64,000 nucleotides of DNA, from contig JAPMXV010000011.1 of assembly GCA_026936335.1 (NCBI GenBank), positions 1-64,000 on the forward strand, written 5' to 3'. Below, piece by piece: positions 33,706 through 45,200 of this stretch (position 1 is its first letter; each line of letters starts with the position of its first letter). The position numbers were made by a program, and so were the translations under genes. The DNA is from Mantamonas sphyraenae STR306. Its lineage: Eukaryota > Protista > CRuMs. The notes below the pieces were generated by a model. It was not told the origin of the DNA. It saw only the letters and a program-made list of their open reading frames with translations, and ran no database searches.

Positions 33706-35100
33706 ATGACTCCTTCCCCCCACCCAGACGACCCCCACCTGGTTGAACCTCCCCACCACAGGGTGCCTGCTGTGGTGCGTGAGTACCAGTTCCAACACAG
33801 TCTGCACACGCATTCCAGAGCCCTCCTCCACGGTGCTTCCCTCCTGAAGCGTCTGTTTAGTCCCAGCAAAGAGAAGGCCTCCGGGCCTGAGCCCCCACAA
33901 CAACCCACTTTCCCAGCCCATCCCGAGTTCCATCGACTGTCCACCCTGCGTGCCATGCCTGCCATGCATATGGTCCTCCTCATGGGTGCCCCCATGTCAG
34001 CCATGCTGCCCGTCGTCCACGCCTACACGGGTGAACGAGTCGACGTCGCCTCCTCGGCTGCAACCCTGGCCGTCTGCAACACACGTGGCTGGACGCTGCA
34101 ACAGGCCATGGGTGTGGAAGAGACACACAGCAACACACCCTCCTCCTCCTCCTCCTCCTCCTCCTCCTCTTCATCATCATCGTCATCATCACACACTCCC
34201 TTGGCTTGGTTGGACTCTGAGCAGGTGGAGAATGTGCGGGTGCAGCAATCCAGCTTCCAGGGACCCAAGGCAGCCGCAGTGTGCTTTGTGTTGCTTCCTG
34301 ATCCATCTTCATTGGCCCCTGCTGCGCTGAGGGAACTACTGTCGTACACAGACACCCTTGTGTGCTATCTGGATCCCCACACGGTGTCCCACACTGTCCT
34401 CACCACCCGTCTCAGTGTCCTGGTGCTCCTCCAACAGGAACGCACCCATTGCAAGCTGTTTGTACGGTGGCACACGCCTGCATCGTCATCCGCCATGGAG
34501 GACACAGCACACACCACATCCCAGGGGACGATGCGAGCACGATCAACACCATCACCATCACCACCACCACAACCGCCGGACCCATCCCATGCCTTGGTGT
34601 CTGCGCTGCGTGGAATCGATCCTTTGCTTGTGACAGAGGCATCCCTGCCCGTGGATGCGTTGTGTGATCGTGTGGATGACCAGGTGAGTGAGACCCTGGC
34701 CCACAACCACACCATCCTCCAACACAACCTGGATCGCATGCAACGTGCATGTGATGAGGTCCAATCCGACGATGCACACACCTGTCGATCCCAAAACACC
34801 CAATTGGGATTGGCCAACCTGGCCACCTTGCTTGCCACTCTCCTCCTTATTTATCTCCTTCTCATGGCCCTTCCTGTGGCCCTTCTCCATCTCCTTCTTC
34901 CCATCTCACTGCCTCTCGCATGGCCTCTCCTCCTCTACTTGCTCCTCCTCGCTGCTGCATGGATCCTTCGCAGCCAGGATGTGCCCTGGCTCAGACTCAA
35001 CCCACCCCAACGTCGTGCCATTGCCCACATGCTCCAAACCTGCCATGCCTCACGTACCATCCTACGTCGCCAACTCATGGCCATTACAGCCGCGCCCTGA
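33706..35100 (+). CDS. Hypothetical protein with C-terminal transmembrane helices
   Basis: Single ORF, first ATG 33706; two long hydrophobic segments near the C-terminus. Confidence 0.65.
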   Translation: MTPSPHPDDPHLVEPPHHRVPAVVREYQFQHSLHTHSRALLHGASLLKRLFSPSKEKASGPEPPQQPTFPAHPEFHRLSTLRAMPAMHMVLLMGAPMSAMLPVVHAYTGERVDVASSAATLAVCNTRGWTLQQAMGVEETHSNTPSSSSSSSSSSSSSSSSSHTPLAWLDSEQVENVRVQQSSFQGPKAAAVCFVLLPDPSSLAPAALRELLSYTDTLVCYLDPHTVSHTVLTTRLSVLVLLQQERTHCKLFVRWHTPASSSAMEDTAHTTSQGTMRARSTPSPSPPPQPPDPSHALVSALRGIDPLLVTEASLPVDALCDRVDDQVSETLAHNHTILQHNLDRMQRACDEVQSDDAHTCRSQNTQLGLANLATLLATLLLIYLLLMALPVALLHLLLPISLPLAWPLLLYLLLLAAAWILRSQDVPWLRLNPPQRRAIAHMLQTCHASRTILRRQLMAITAAP

Positions 35101-36022
35101 GCTTGCCACCCGAACCCGAGTGTGACGATGATGATGATGATGATTCCACCGAATGAAACCGGGGCAGCTTTGCAATCCGTTTGGGCTCCATGCTGTCCAG
35201 GAAGAAGTCTGCCACCATGTCCTTGACAGGCGTACCAGGCACACATGCGTAGGCATCCAAGTCATGCATGGACATCCCGGAAGCCAGGAGGACCTCGTCG
35301 TCGATGAAAAAGTTGCCGGTGACCTTGCGTGCATCGCTGGTGAGGATGACATGGGCAGCATCGGCCATGATGGCAGTGCTACGACATTGGGCCAATGACT
35401 CCTCCCCACCCAACATGAGCATGGCGGCTGTGGCAATGCCGGTGCGTGGCCATAGGGTGTTGACCCCCACCTGTCCTTCAAACTCCCCCGCCATGCCCAG
35501 ACAACACATGCTCATCCCATACTTGGCCATTGTGTATGCCGTGTGGTTCTTGAACCATTGTTGGGTCATCAGCAGTGGCGGTGAAATGTTCAGGATGTGT
35601 CCGTTGTCGCTTTCCAGCAGGTGGGGCAAACACGTCCGGCTCAGCAGGTACGTGCCACGTGCGTTCACCTGGTTCATCAAATCGTACCGTTTCATGCTCG
35701 TGTCCAATGTGCCCGTCAATTGGATGGCGGATGCGTTGTTCACCACAATGTCCACCCCACCAAACACGGCCACCACCTTTTCCACCGCCGCCTCCACCTG
35801 CTCCTCAAACCTCACGTCACACACACACGCCAGCGCCTGCCCGCCTGCCGCTTCAATCTCCTCTGCTGCAGAGTGGATTGTGCCCGGCAGCTTCGGGTGT
35901 GGCTTGTCCGTCTTGGCCAGAATGGCCACGTTTGCTCCGTCCTTGGCTGCACGAAGCGCAATCGCCAGCCCAATGCCCCTCGACGCCCCCGAAATCACCA
36001 GTGTTTTGCCCTTCAGACTCAT
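35084..36022 (-). CDS. HSDL2: Hydroxysteroid dehydrogenase-like 2 SDR (no SCP2 domain), peroxisomal PTS1 -ARL
   Basis: SGASRGIG, KTDKPHPKLPGTI, NNASAI, YTMAKYGMS, LWPRTGIATAA; ends ARL*. Confidence 0.93.
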   Translation of the reverse strand: MSLKGKTLVISGASRGIGLAIALRAAKDGANVAILAKTDKPHPKLPGTIHSAAEEIEAAGGQALACVCDVRFEEQVEAAVEKVVAVFGGVDIVVNNASAIQLTGTLDTSMKRYDLMNQVNARGTYLLSRTCLPHLLESDNGHILNISPPLLMTQQWFKNHTAYTMAKYGMSMCCLGMAGEFEGQVGVNTLWPRTGIATAAMLMLGGEESLAQCRSTAIMADAAHVILTSDARKVTGNFFIDDEVLLASGMSMHDLDAYACVPGTPVKDMVADFFLDSMEPKRIAKLPRFHSVESSSSSSSHSGSGGKLRARL

Positions 36023-36165
36023 GTGTCGTTTGTGTTGTCCCTTCACTCAAAATGTGAATGCGTGTGTTTGTGTGTGTGAATGTGGGAAAAAACCTTGGTG
36101 GTGGTGCGCAGCGTTCGCGGCTCCAGCCAATCTCTCCCCCCCTTCCCCCTCTCCGGACAAAAAGC

Positions 36166-36892
36166 ATGTCCTCCTTCACTGAACGAGTGCGTCAGCGCAA
36201 CCAGCAGGGCATGACTGGCCCCACAGACGACTCTGCAAAGATTCCGCGTCCCTTTGTTGAAGGCACACCCGAGACGGAGGAGCAGCGTGCCGAGCGTTTG
36301 GCCCAGCGTAGGATGAGGTCACGCATCAACTCAATCCTCTGGGGCGTTGCTGCCTTGTTCACCTGGCACCTCACCGATATTTATAATGTGACCATGAATG
36401 ACCCGCGTGTTGACAGGTGAGTGTGTCCTTCCATGTCGTGTCTGCCTCCACCCGTGGCAACACTTCCCTTCCCACAACCCGTTTCCCGCCCATGGGATTC
36501 GTCGTCGTCATCCCCCCAGATCCCCCGACCGTTCCCACCGCCCCCCCTTCCCCCCGCTTCCCCCTCTCCCTCTCCCTCCACCACTCTGACACCCATCCAC
36601 CCTCCCCATCCCCAAACCCAGCATTGCGTTTGGGCTCGCTGTTGCCACGTACGCCCTCTTCCTTGGCATCGGACTCTTTCTGGTGGCCTGGTCCTGGGTC
36701 ACAGGCACCAAGGTCCAAGGGGATGATCTCATGGAGTCCCATCCCTACCACATCTACACTGCCACTGCCTCATGCGTCCTCGCCTACTTTGCCGCCGTCG
36801 TCGCCTACTGGCCCGTATACAACGTCCTCAGCATCCCCATTGTCTTTATCATCCCCTTTGGCATCTTTATGTTCCTCCTCATGATCTTCTGA
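36166..36892 (+). CDS. Small four-TM protein, TMEM128-like
   Basis: Intron 36417-36621 joins in frame; INSILW, DPRVD, AYWPVYNVLSIPI. Confidence 0.65.
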
Positions 36893-37124
36893 TCTCTGAG
36901 AGAACACTCTGGAATGAACGCACACCCCCACACTGCCATGATGCCATGATCTGTTCCCTCTCCCTGGCACCACTCCATCCATTCCACCCTCTTTCCATTC
37001 ATCATCCACACACATCCACGTGGTGTCTCTGCTCCCTCCCGTCCTTCTCATCAGCCCCTCGTCATCCCTGTGTCTCGAGCACACGCAACGCGCTCCCACC
37101 TGCATCCAAAATCCACACCTTGGC

Positions 37125-39187
37125 ATGGCTCGCACAAAGCAAACCGCTCGCAAGTCGTCCAAACCGAAGCAGGAACCTGCTGACAACAAGGTCCTCTCCA
37201 ACACGGAGCTGCTCAACGTGGCCATGGAGCAGCTGCTGGACGCTGAATTCGTTTCCCAGCAGTGCCAGGCCATGGACGAAGCAGGCACATCACAGGGTGG
37301 CCCATTCGGTGCCCCCAATCTGACCCAACCTTCCTCATCATCTGCCGCTACCACAGCAGGTACGTTCCTCCATCCCTGGTCCCTGTTTGTCCCGCTCACT
37401 TTCCGGCGATCCCGAGATCCCTCTTTTTGTGTCGCTTTTCACAAATACGCGTGCACGTCCCTTACGCCTTTCACACACACCGGTGCTCCACACCCATTCC
37501 CTCCATAGACGCAGATGCAATCACTGCAGAGACTTTGCAAACCACTGTGCTAGAGGTAGGACTGTGTGCCGAGTTCTGCCCTTTTGTAAGCCCCGAGTGC
37601 ACACGATCACCATGGCTCACTCGCGACAATTCCCGAAACACGCTTTTCCTCGTCCACAGGAACTCAAACACGAGCACATCACTGCAGGTCTTGTTGACTC
37701 GCGTGCTGCAGAGGCCTCAGGCCAACGTCTTGAGCGTCTGGTATGTGCTGCGAGGTCTCGCTGCGTGCCTGGCGCACCGCTGATGGTGTTTTTGTGCCAC
37801 GTGGGTGCAAAAATCACACTCACCCGGATCACTCACCCCCCGTCCCTCTCTCGCTGCACAGTCGCGCGAACTCACAGCGCTTGCCAACTCGGGTGACCTG
37901 TCCTATAACACGCTGGTGGACAAGCGCTTCCGCATCCTGTCGCGTGTGTTCAGTGCCTACTACAACGAGGCACGCAACCTGACCTCCATGAAATACCGTG
38001 GCACCGCCCTCGTGCCAGGCACGAGCTTGTTTACAAAGTCGGCCATCGACGTGGCCGCAGACACCACTCTGGAGTTGCTGCGCGATGCCACACGTTCCAA
38101 CCCGCTCCTGGCAGCACGCATCCTCGCAAGCCTGCGTCAAGAGCTCGTGTCCACGCGTGCCCTCGCCTACGCCCCCACCGCTCCCGTCGAGGCCACCTTT
38201 GACACCTTTGGTTCCTCAGGCGCAGGCAACGGTGGACGCGACGCACGCTCCTCCGGGGCCTGGTTTGTGGAACGCATCGGCAACGCCGCCTTTCTCTTTC
38301 TCCTGCAGCTTGCCGCAGCACCCCCGGCCGCTTCACGCAAGGCTGGTCTGCACAAGCAGGCTCTTGAGCTCCTCACCGGTCTGGCTACCACACGTGGCAA
38401 CCTTGACCACTTTCTGGCCGTGCTCCAGTTGCTCCTGTTCCCGCCTCCCCGTTTGCAGGCCCAGAGCGACGGCAACCATCCGTACGAAGCGCTGCCTGTG
38501 CGCTCCTACCTCGAATCGCTCCTGCGCACAAAGTCGGCCAACGCCTTTGCCGCGCCGAGTTCGAGTTCGTTCATGGGCGAGCTGCCCGTGACCGAGCTCA
38601 GCCAGCCTCGAAAGCTGTGCTCTCTGGCTACAGACGGCACCTACATCTACGTGCACAGCAACCATGGTCTGCACAAGGTGGGCACGGGCAACCGTGGCAC
38701 ATCGGCAGGTCTCGTGTACGCACGCAACACCTCGTTCTACAACGGTGCACGCTCCGCCATGTTTGTCTGCGACAACCTGCTCTACTTCCGCACGCCCGCC
38801 CTCGGTGGCAACGTGTCCATGATTGTCATCAGCACAGACACCATCTCCCAGGTCGGCGAGATCGCACCCGATGGCACCGGCAGCTACCCGTCTGACCCGC
38901 GCTCAGAAAACGCCCTCATCCCCGACGAATCCTTTGGCCGCAAGCGCAAACGCAAGCAAATTGTTTCCCAAACCCCCGACGAGATCCTCAGCAACGCGAT
39001 CATGCTTACCCTCACACGCCAGGGCTACAACAACCCGCGCTCCATCATCGACGACTATGGAGGAAACCTGCAAGATGTGTACATGGACTATTGTGGTGGC
39101 GACCCGCAGCAGTTCATCCAAGAAGCCATGTCCAAGAACGAAAGCGACTCGGACATGGAGCAAGAACCCGAGGAACAGACAAGCAGT

Positions 39188-39219
<32 letters not shown>

Positions 39220-42200
39220 CAGCAGCCGAGATACTGGACATCGCTCTCGCAAACCGCCTTCCAACTACTATGAGCGTCACACGCCCATGTTTTCCGATGG
39301 AGAGTATGCGTACATGATGACGCACCGCACGCTTCCGCGACCCAGCGTGTTGCTGGACCCCGAAGCTGCCCTCTCCGCCGGCGGTGTGCGTGCAGATCCT
39401 CTTTTGGACGGTGTCCTGGGCTCCAACGTCGCACAAGTCACCGTGCACACTGTGGATCCGCGAGAACGGTTCAAACTGGTCGATTCGGTGACCCTCAAGC
39501 GCCCGGCTGCCACACGTTGGTCGCTGCTTCGTTTTGGCCCCACACCGTCGGCTGCCGACGAGGTCAAGGCCCAAAGTGACGACGACAACTCGTCCAACAA
39601 CGATCAATGGTTGAACAAGGGCGGCAAGAGCTTGGGAGGCAGGCGCAAGACACGCAGCAAGCGGGTATCCAGAGGGTATTCGTCTTCTTCCACCATGCCT
39701 CTGTGGTGCCATCAGAACCCCAAGTGTGTGCTGGGCAGTCCTGCAGAACTCCAGTTCCATGGCCCCTTTACCATCGAGTTTTGGTTCAAGGCACATCCCA
39801 AGATGCTGAGCGATGGTATGAACCACTCCCTGGTGTCGTACGGCACGCCTCAGGACACGTTTGGAATCGACCTGTTGGGCAACACCTTCTCCGTGCACGT
39901 GAGCAATCTGTACGACAGCGGCCACAAGGTGTACAAGGCTTCGTCGGTGACCCTGACCAACTGGACCCACCTGGCCCTCGTGGGCGACGAGCAATCGTTC
40001 CACCTCTACCTCAACGGCATCGAGCTGACCCAAGACGACAACCAATCGTCGCAACTTAGCGAGTCGGCGTGTGCCATGCATGCTGTGAAGAACGGCGAGT
40101 GGTACATCGGCTTCTTTCCCAACGTCAACTACTCCTTCTCTTCCTTCTTTGGTCTCATGTGTGACCTGCGTGTGTGGAACATGGCACGCACGCAGGAGCA
40201 ACTTGTGGCCAACTCCACCACTGTGGACGACCACACCGAGGGCCTGCTTGCACGCTGGAAGCTCAACGACGGCATGGGCTGCCTCGTGCGCAACAGCTCC
40301 GGTCGCTTCTACCGCACTGGCTGCACCTCCCAATGCTACTGGGAGGAATCAGAGTGCCCCGTGCTCGACCTCGCACCCACTTCACTGGAGAGCACAAAGA
40401 ACGCAGACCGTGATGCAGTCAACGCCGACGTCGATGGCGAGACATCCGCAGACAGCGAAGCAGGCACTTCGTCATCGGCATCGTCGTCGTCGTCGTCGTA
40501 TGGCGGCTTCGACAACACAAACGAGGGTGGCATGGACGCACTCCAGGATGGAGAGGAGGACGAGGCACACGCATTGGGTCAGAGCGAAGAGGGCGCAGAG
40601 CCGTTCTATTTGCACAATCTGACGTTCAAGCGAGCCACTGTGTTCACCAATGGCGAACACCTTGCTGTGTTGTACCCGAAAAAGGTGTCGCGGCTGCTGT
40701 TTTCTGCACCCGGATGCGTGTTTCAGACGTTCAATCTCCGCACAGGCGTCCTGATCAGCGAAACCATGGCTGTGGCCACCTATGACACCGTCGGCGGCTG
40801 CTACGACGCAAACAACCAACTGCTGCTCTCCCTTTCGCGCGATGGCAAGCTGATGAAGCACCGCATCCGTGCAGGTGCCAAGCGCAAGACTTCAGAATCC
40901 GTCGGCGAATCGTTTCCCACCGAGCAGCAGCTGCGCAAGCAGTATCCCCTGCGCCCGCCAGCCCAGAAGAATGGCAAAGGCAATGGGAGTGACAGTGGCA
41001 GTGGCAGTGGCAGCGAAAGCGGCGGTGGTGGACGTGGCGCAGGCGGCCGTGGACGTGGCGGTGGACGAGGTGGTGGACGCGGCGGCGGACGAGGTGGCGG
41101 ACGAGGTGGCGGACGTGGCGATGGCGGTGGCGGTGGCGGTGGCGGCTGGGGACAGCCGTGGCTCCTCCCCAACGCCAACGACACCAGCGGACGCAAGAAC
41201 ATGACGAGCGACATGGAAGTCAACTCCTTTGTGGACAACGAAGGCGTGGACTTTGAAGCGTTGTACGCCATGGACGGCGACCACGAACCCGAAGAGACGC
41301 CTCGCAACACGGCTGCAGACGTGCCGTGTGACAACATCCTTGTCACAATCCTGTCGCTGCTCAACGAAGAGTGCTCCTTCATTTCGCAGACGCACCTGGA
41401 CACCATGCCCACCTCCAGTCTGACGCGCTCCTTTGTGGTGCAGTTGGACAAGGGCACGTTCCGCACGCTGCTCACCCTGCTCAAGGGACTCGTGGCAGAC
41501 TACTACAGCTCAGACGATGAACGCACGCAGCCCGTGCGCATGTATGCCCTCCTGGTGTGCATGCGCATCCTCCTCGTCAACATTCGCCATGTCACCGCCT
41601 GGAACGTCGACCCGGCCCACTGTGGTTTCGCACAGCAAGGCCAGCAAGGCAAGGCAAAGGGCAAGGGCAAAGGCGAACAAGACGTCACTGAGGCCGACAG
41701 CACCAGCACCAGCAGCACCAGCACCGACGGCGACAGCAAGGGCAAAGGCAAGGCAAAGGCGTTTACAGGAGGCGACAACGAGCAGATGCAGGCCGAGCAA
41801 CAAAACAAGAGCCTGCAGCAGCAATTTATCGGACTTCTGAACCGCCTGCTGTTGGACCTGCCTTCGAGTGGCATGGCCAAATCGCTGGCCGACGAGCTGC
41901 ACACAGTGGTGAGCGAGACGCTGACGCAAGGCATGCCCGTGTTCTTTGTGCGCCCGCAGGACCGTGTGCAACAGCTGTCGGACCTGATGGAGGAGCGTCT
42001 GCGCCTGGGTGCAGATATGAACCCGCTGCGATCCATGCTCCTGGGCCGCTATTTCCGCGGCATGAGCAAGCCACAGAGCATCATCCCCATGGTGCCACCC
42101 CTCATCAACAGGCACATGCTGGACAAAGCCGGCGTGTGGACAGACATGCAAATGTCTCACACCATGCAAAACATCCTTCGTCTGTCCGTCATTGCCACCA

Positions 42201-45200
42201 AGGAGCGCCTGGACAGCGTCGTGCAAGGCATCGTCGCACCCGCTCATGCACAGGGCAACGGCACAGCTGGCGGTTCCGACGGCACAGGTGACGCAAACAA
42301 TACGTTCACCTTTATGCGCTCCTTCCTCATGGGCATCCAGAACACGGTGCTCACCTCGGCCATCGAGAAGCACGACGAGGTTGCCCGTCAGTATGCGCTT
42401 GCGTATGGCGTCCACGTGCTGGAGGTCACAGCAGACCTGGCCCAGTACATTGCCGTCGATTGCGTGTCCCAAATCCAGCGTGCCATCGACCAAGACGCCG
42501 CTTCGGTGCGCATGATCGACGCAAAGAACAGGCTGATCACCGAGTTTCGCTTCGGTACGGGGTCGCTGCTCCTGCCTCTTGTCATCACACTGCTGCGCAG
42601 CACCCAAGCAGACCCTGTGTATTCCAGCCGCCTGCTGCCGCACGCCTCGCGACTCATGCGTGCCATCGACGTGCTGGGCGAGGGCACACCCGAGGTGGTG
42701 GTGGCCGAGACCGAGTTTGTGGAGAGCGCTTCCGAACTGCGTGTGATCGACTCGAGCACAACCATGGAGTCGCCACACCCGATCCCCGTGGGCACGACGA
42801 ACGTCACCATCAGCCTGCCGGGTGCCAACGAGATGGTGCTCGATTTCGACCAGCGCTCGTGGGCCAACATGATGAACACCGGCTGTGCTATCCACCTCAT
42901 GGACAAGAACAAGAAACCCATCCCCGGCATGACCTTCCAGAGTGCACCCACGCGACCCATCCGTGTGCGCAGCCCCGTGGTCATTGTCAGCTACGTCGCA
43001 AACTACCAATCCTCCATGTGGGGCTTCAAGGTCACCGCCAAGGGCATCACCCAAGAGCGACACACGCCCATGCCCTGGATCCTCGACGTCGAAAAGCTGC
43101 TCGCCATGTACATGTCTCTGTGCAACCAGCAGCTTCTGCGTGGCGAGATGCCGAGTGCCACCGCCCAGACAACAGACCAAGACGACCAAGGTGAGGAACA
43201 CACGCCACAGGCTCAGGCAGGCGCTGCCGACTCCAAGGAGAACAACCCGCGCAACGCAGGCGAAGACACAGGCGACGAGGCAGAGAAGAAGGGCGCCGTG
43301 GACCCCGAGGTGGAGAAACAGGTGGATCTGTGGCTGCGTTCCGAGTTGCTGGAGCTGGGTCTCGAAGACAGCGCCCTGGAGGAGCTGAACAGCGACGATC
43401 AGCTCGATTGGCTGCCCAAACACATGAACACCCAGATGACCGACGACACATCGGCAGCCACAACGACTGGCGGCGATGTGGCGGCGAGTGTGGACGCAGG
43501 CAGTGATGCAACGGCCGCCGAGGCCAAGGAGAAGCATGCACGTCACATGGCATTCCTGGACGCGTTCATTGCCAACACGGGAGCCGGAGCCGTGGTTGTG
43601 GAGCGCCTGAGTGGCATCAAGGTGCAGGCGTTCCCTGTGCCCAAGTCCCTTCAGCCCATTGTGCAGGAGTCGGTGAGGTCGGCGTGTGCCGTGATGTTCA
43701 AGCACAACCTGCTTGTGGACGAGGCCATCGAGTTTGCTTCGGTGAATGACGACGTGATCGAACTCACGGGCATCCCCGAGTCACTGGTGCGCACATGGAA
43801 GGTGGCTCACAAGCTGCGCCAGTGGTTGCTGCAGCGCTACCAGCAGATCCGCAGCGAGAGTGCAAAGACCGAGGCAGCACAGGCACGCAAGGCTGCCGCA
43901 GAGCGTGAACGAGACGGAGCGCAGACGACCTCGTCATCGTCGGCGTCCTCTTCCTCTTCCTCCTCCACGGCCGCTGCGTCTGCATCGACAGACTCCGACG
44001 TGGTGGTGGAAAAGACACGCGAGGAGATCTACGAGCAGATGTGCGCGCAGATCAACAAGCAATGCCGCTTCCTGCTGCGCATCATCCCTGTGATTTCTGC
44101 ACGCCGCAACCAGGAGGGTGGCCACGAGACCACAGAAGATGGACTGGACAAGAAGCAATCGTCGGGCGGTGCCATGCAGCGCCATTCGAGCAAGAGTGCT
44201 CTGGAACGCACGAAATCGGGCGAAGGCTTGCAGATGAGCGACAAGAGCAAGCTTGCGCGCAACACCTTCCTCGCGTGGCGCCAGACCAAGGAGATTTCGC
44301 TGCGCGATGCGAGCGATGAGCAACGCTTCCAGATTCTGTGGAAGCTGGTGCTCAATTTCCTGAGCAGCAAAGCAAGCACAGACATGCTGGAGACGTCCAT
44401 TGTGCAGCGACGCCAGCGAGCACGTGTGCGCTCGGTGGGTCTGGAGGCCGTGGAGGCGCTGCTGAGCACGAGCCAGCTGAGCATTGTGCGACGTGACGTG
44501 GTGGCAAGTATCATCAAGTCCCTGAGCGACAACGAGGAGGACATCCTGCGTGGTGTGGTGCCGTCCATCTTGAACGGACTCGAGACGTGCGGTCCCACAC
44601 TCACACGCAAGGTGCAGACCAGCTTTGAGTCGTTGTACGCACGCCTTGTGGAAGTACTGCGTGCGCCGCAGCAGGCCGGCACCAGTTTGCTGCAGGCCGT
44701 GTTGCATTCCTTCAACCTCAAACTGGACAACGACAGCTACAACACACTGGTCTCCCTTGGCATTTTCCCTGCCCTGCATACGTTGTTGATCGAACACGGT
44801 GCAAGCAGCGACGGCGAAGCCAGTGCGGGTGAGCGACCGCGTGTCACGGGCCCTATCAGCGTGCGTGACGCCACCAGCGGCCACCACTCCAGTGCGTGGG
44901 CACTGTTGGATGCACTGACCACCACAAAGCTTGGGTCGCACACACTCGATCAGGGCTCCGTGGCCCTCATCGAACCCGTCTTTGACATCCTTGTGGGCCA
45001 ACTTCTCAAGATGGCTGTGGAGATGGACCGTGCGTGCAAACGCAATGTGTTTGCACACCGCGCCGGCGGCGAGGGTGTGTCGTCGCAGCCCGTGAGTGGC
45101 GGTAAAACCACTGGCGGCAGGTCGTCGTCAGCCTCGACCACGGGTTCCGAGGCACGCCGCGTGGGTCTGATCGCAGCACGACGCACGGGCATGCGCATGA

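Noticed and set aside
37125-37508. A histone H3 or CENP-A gene
   Set aside because: No histone-fold sequence follows the tail; the exon splices into the E3 ligase.
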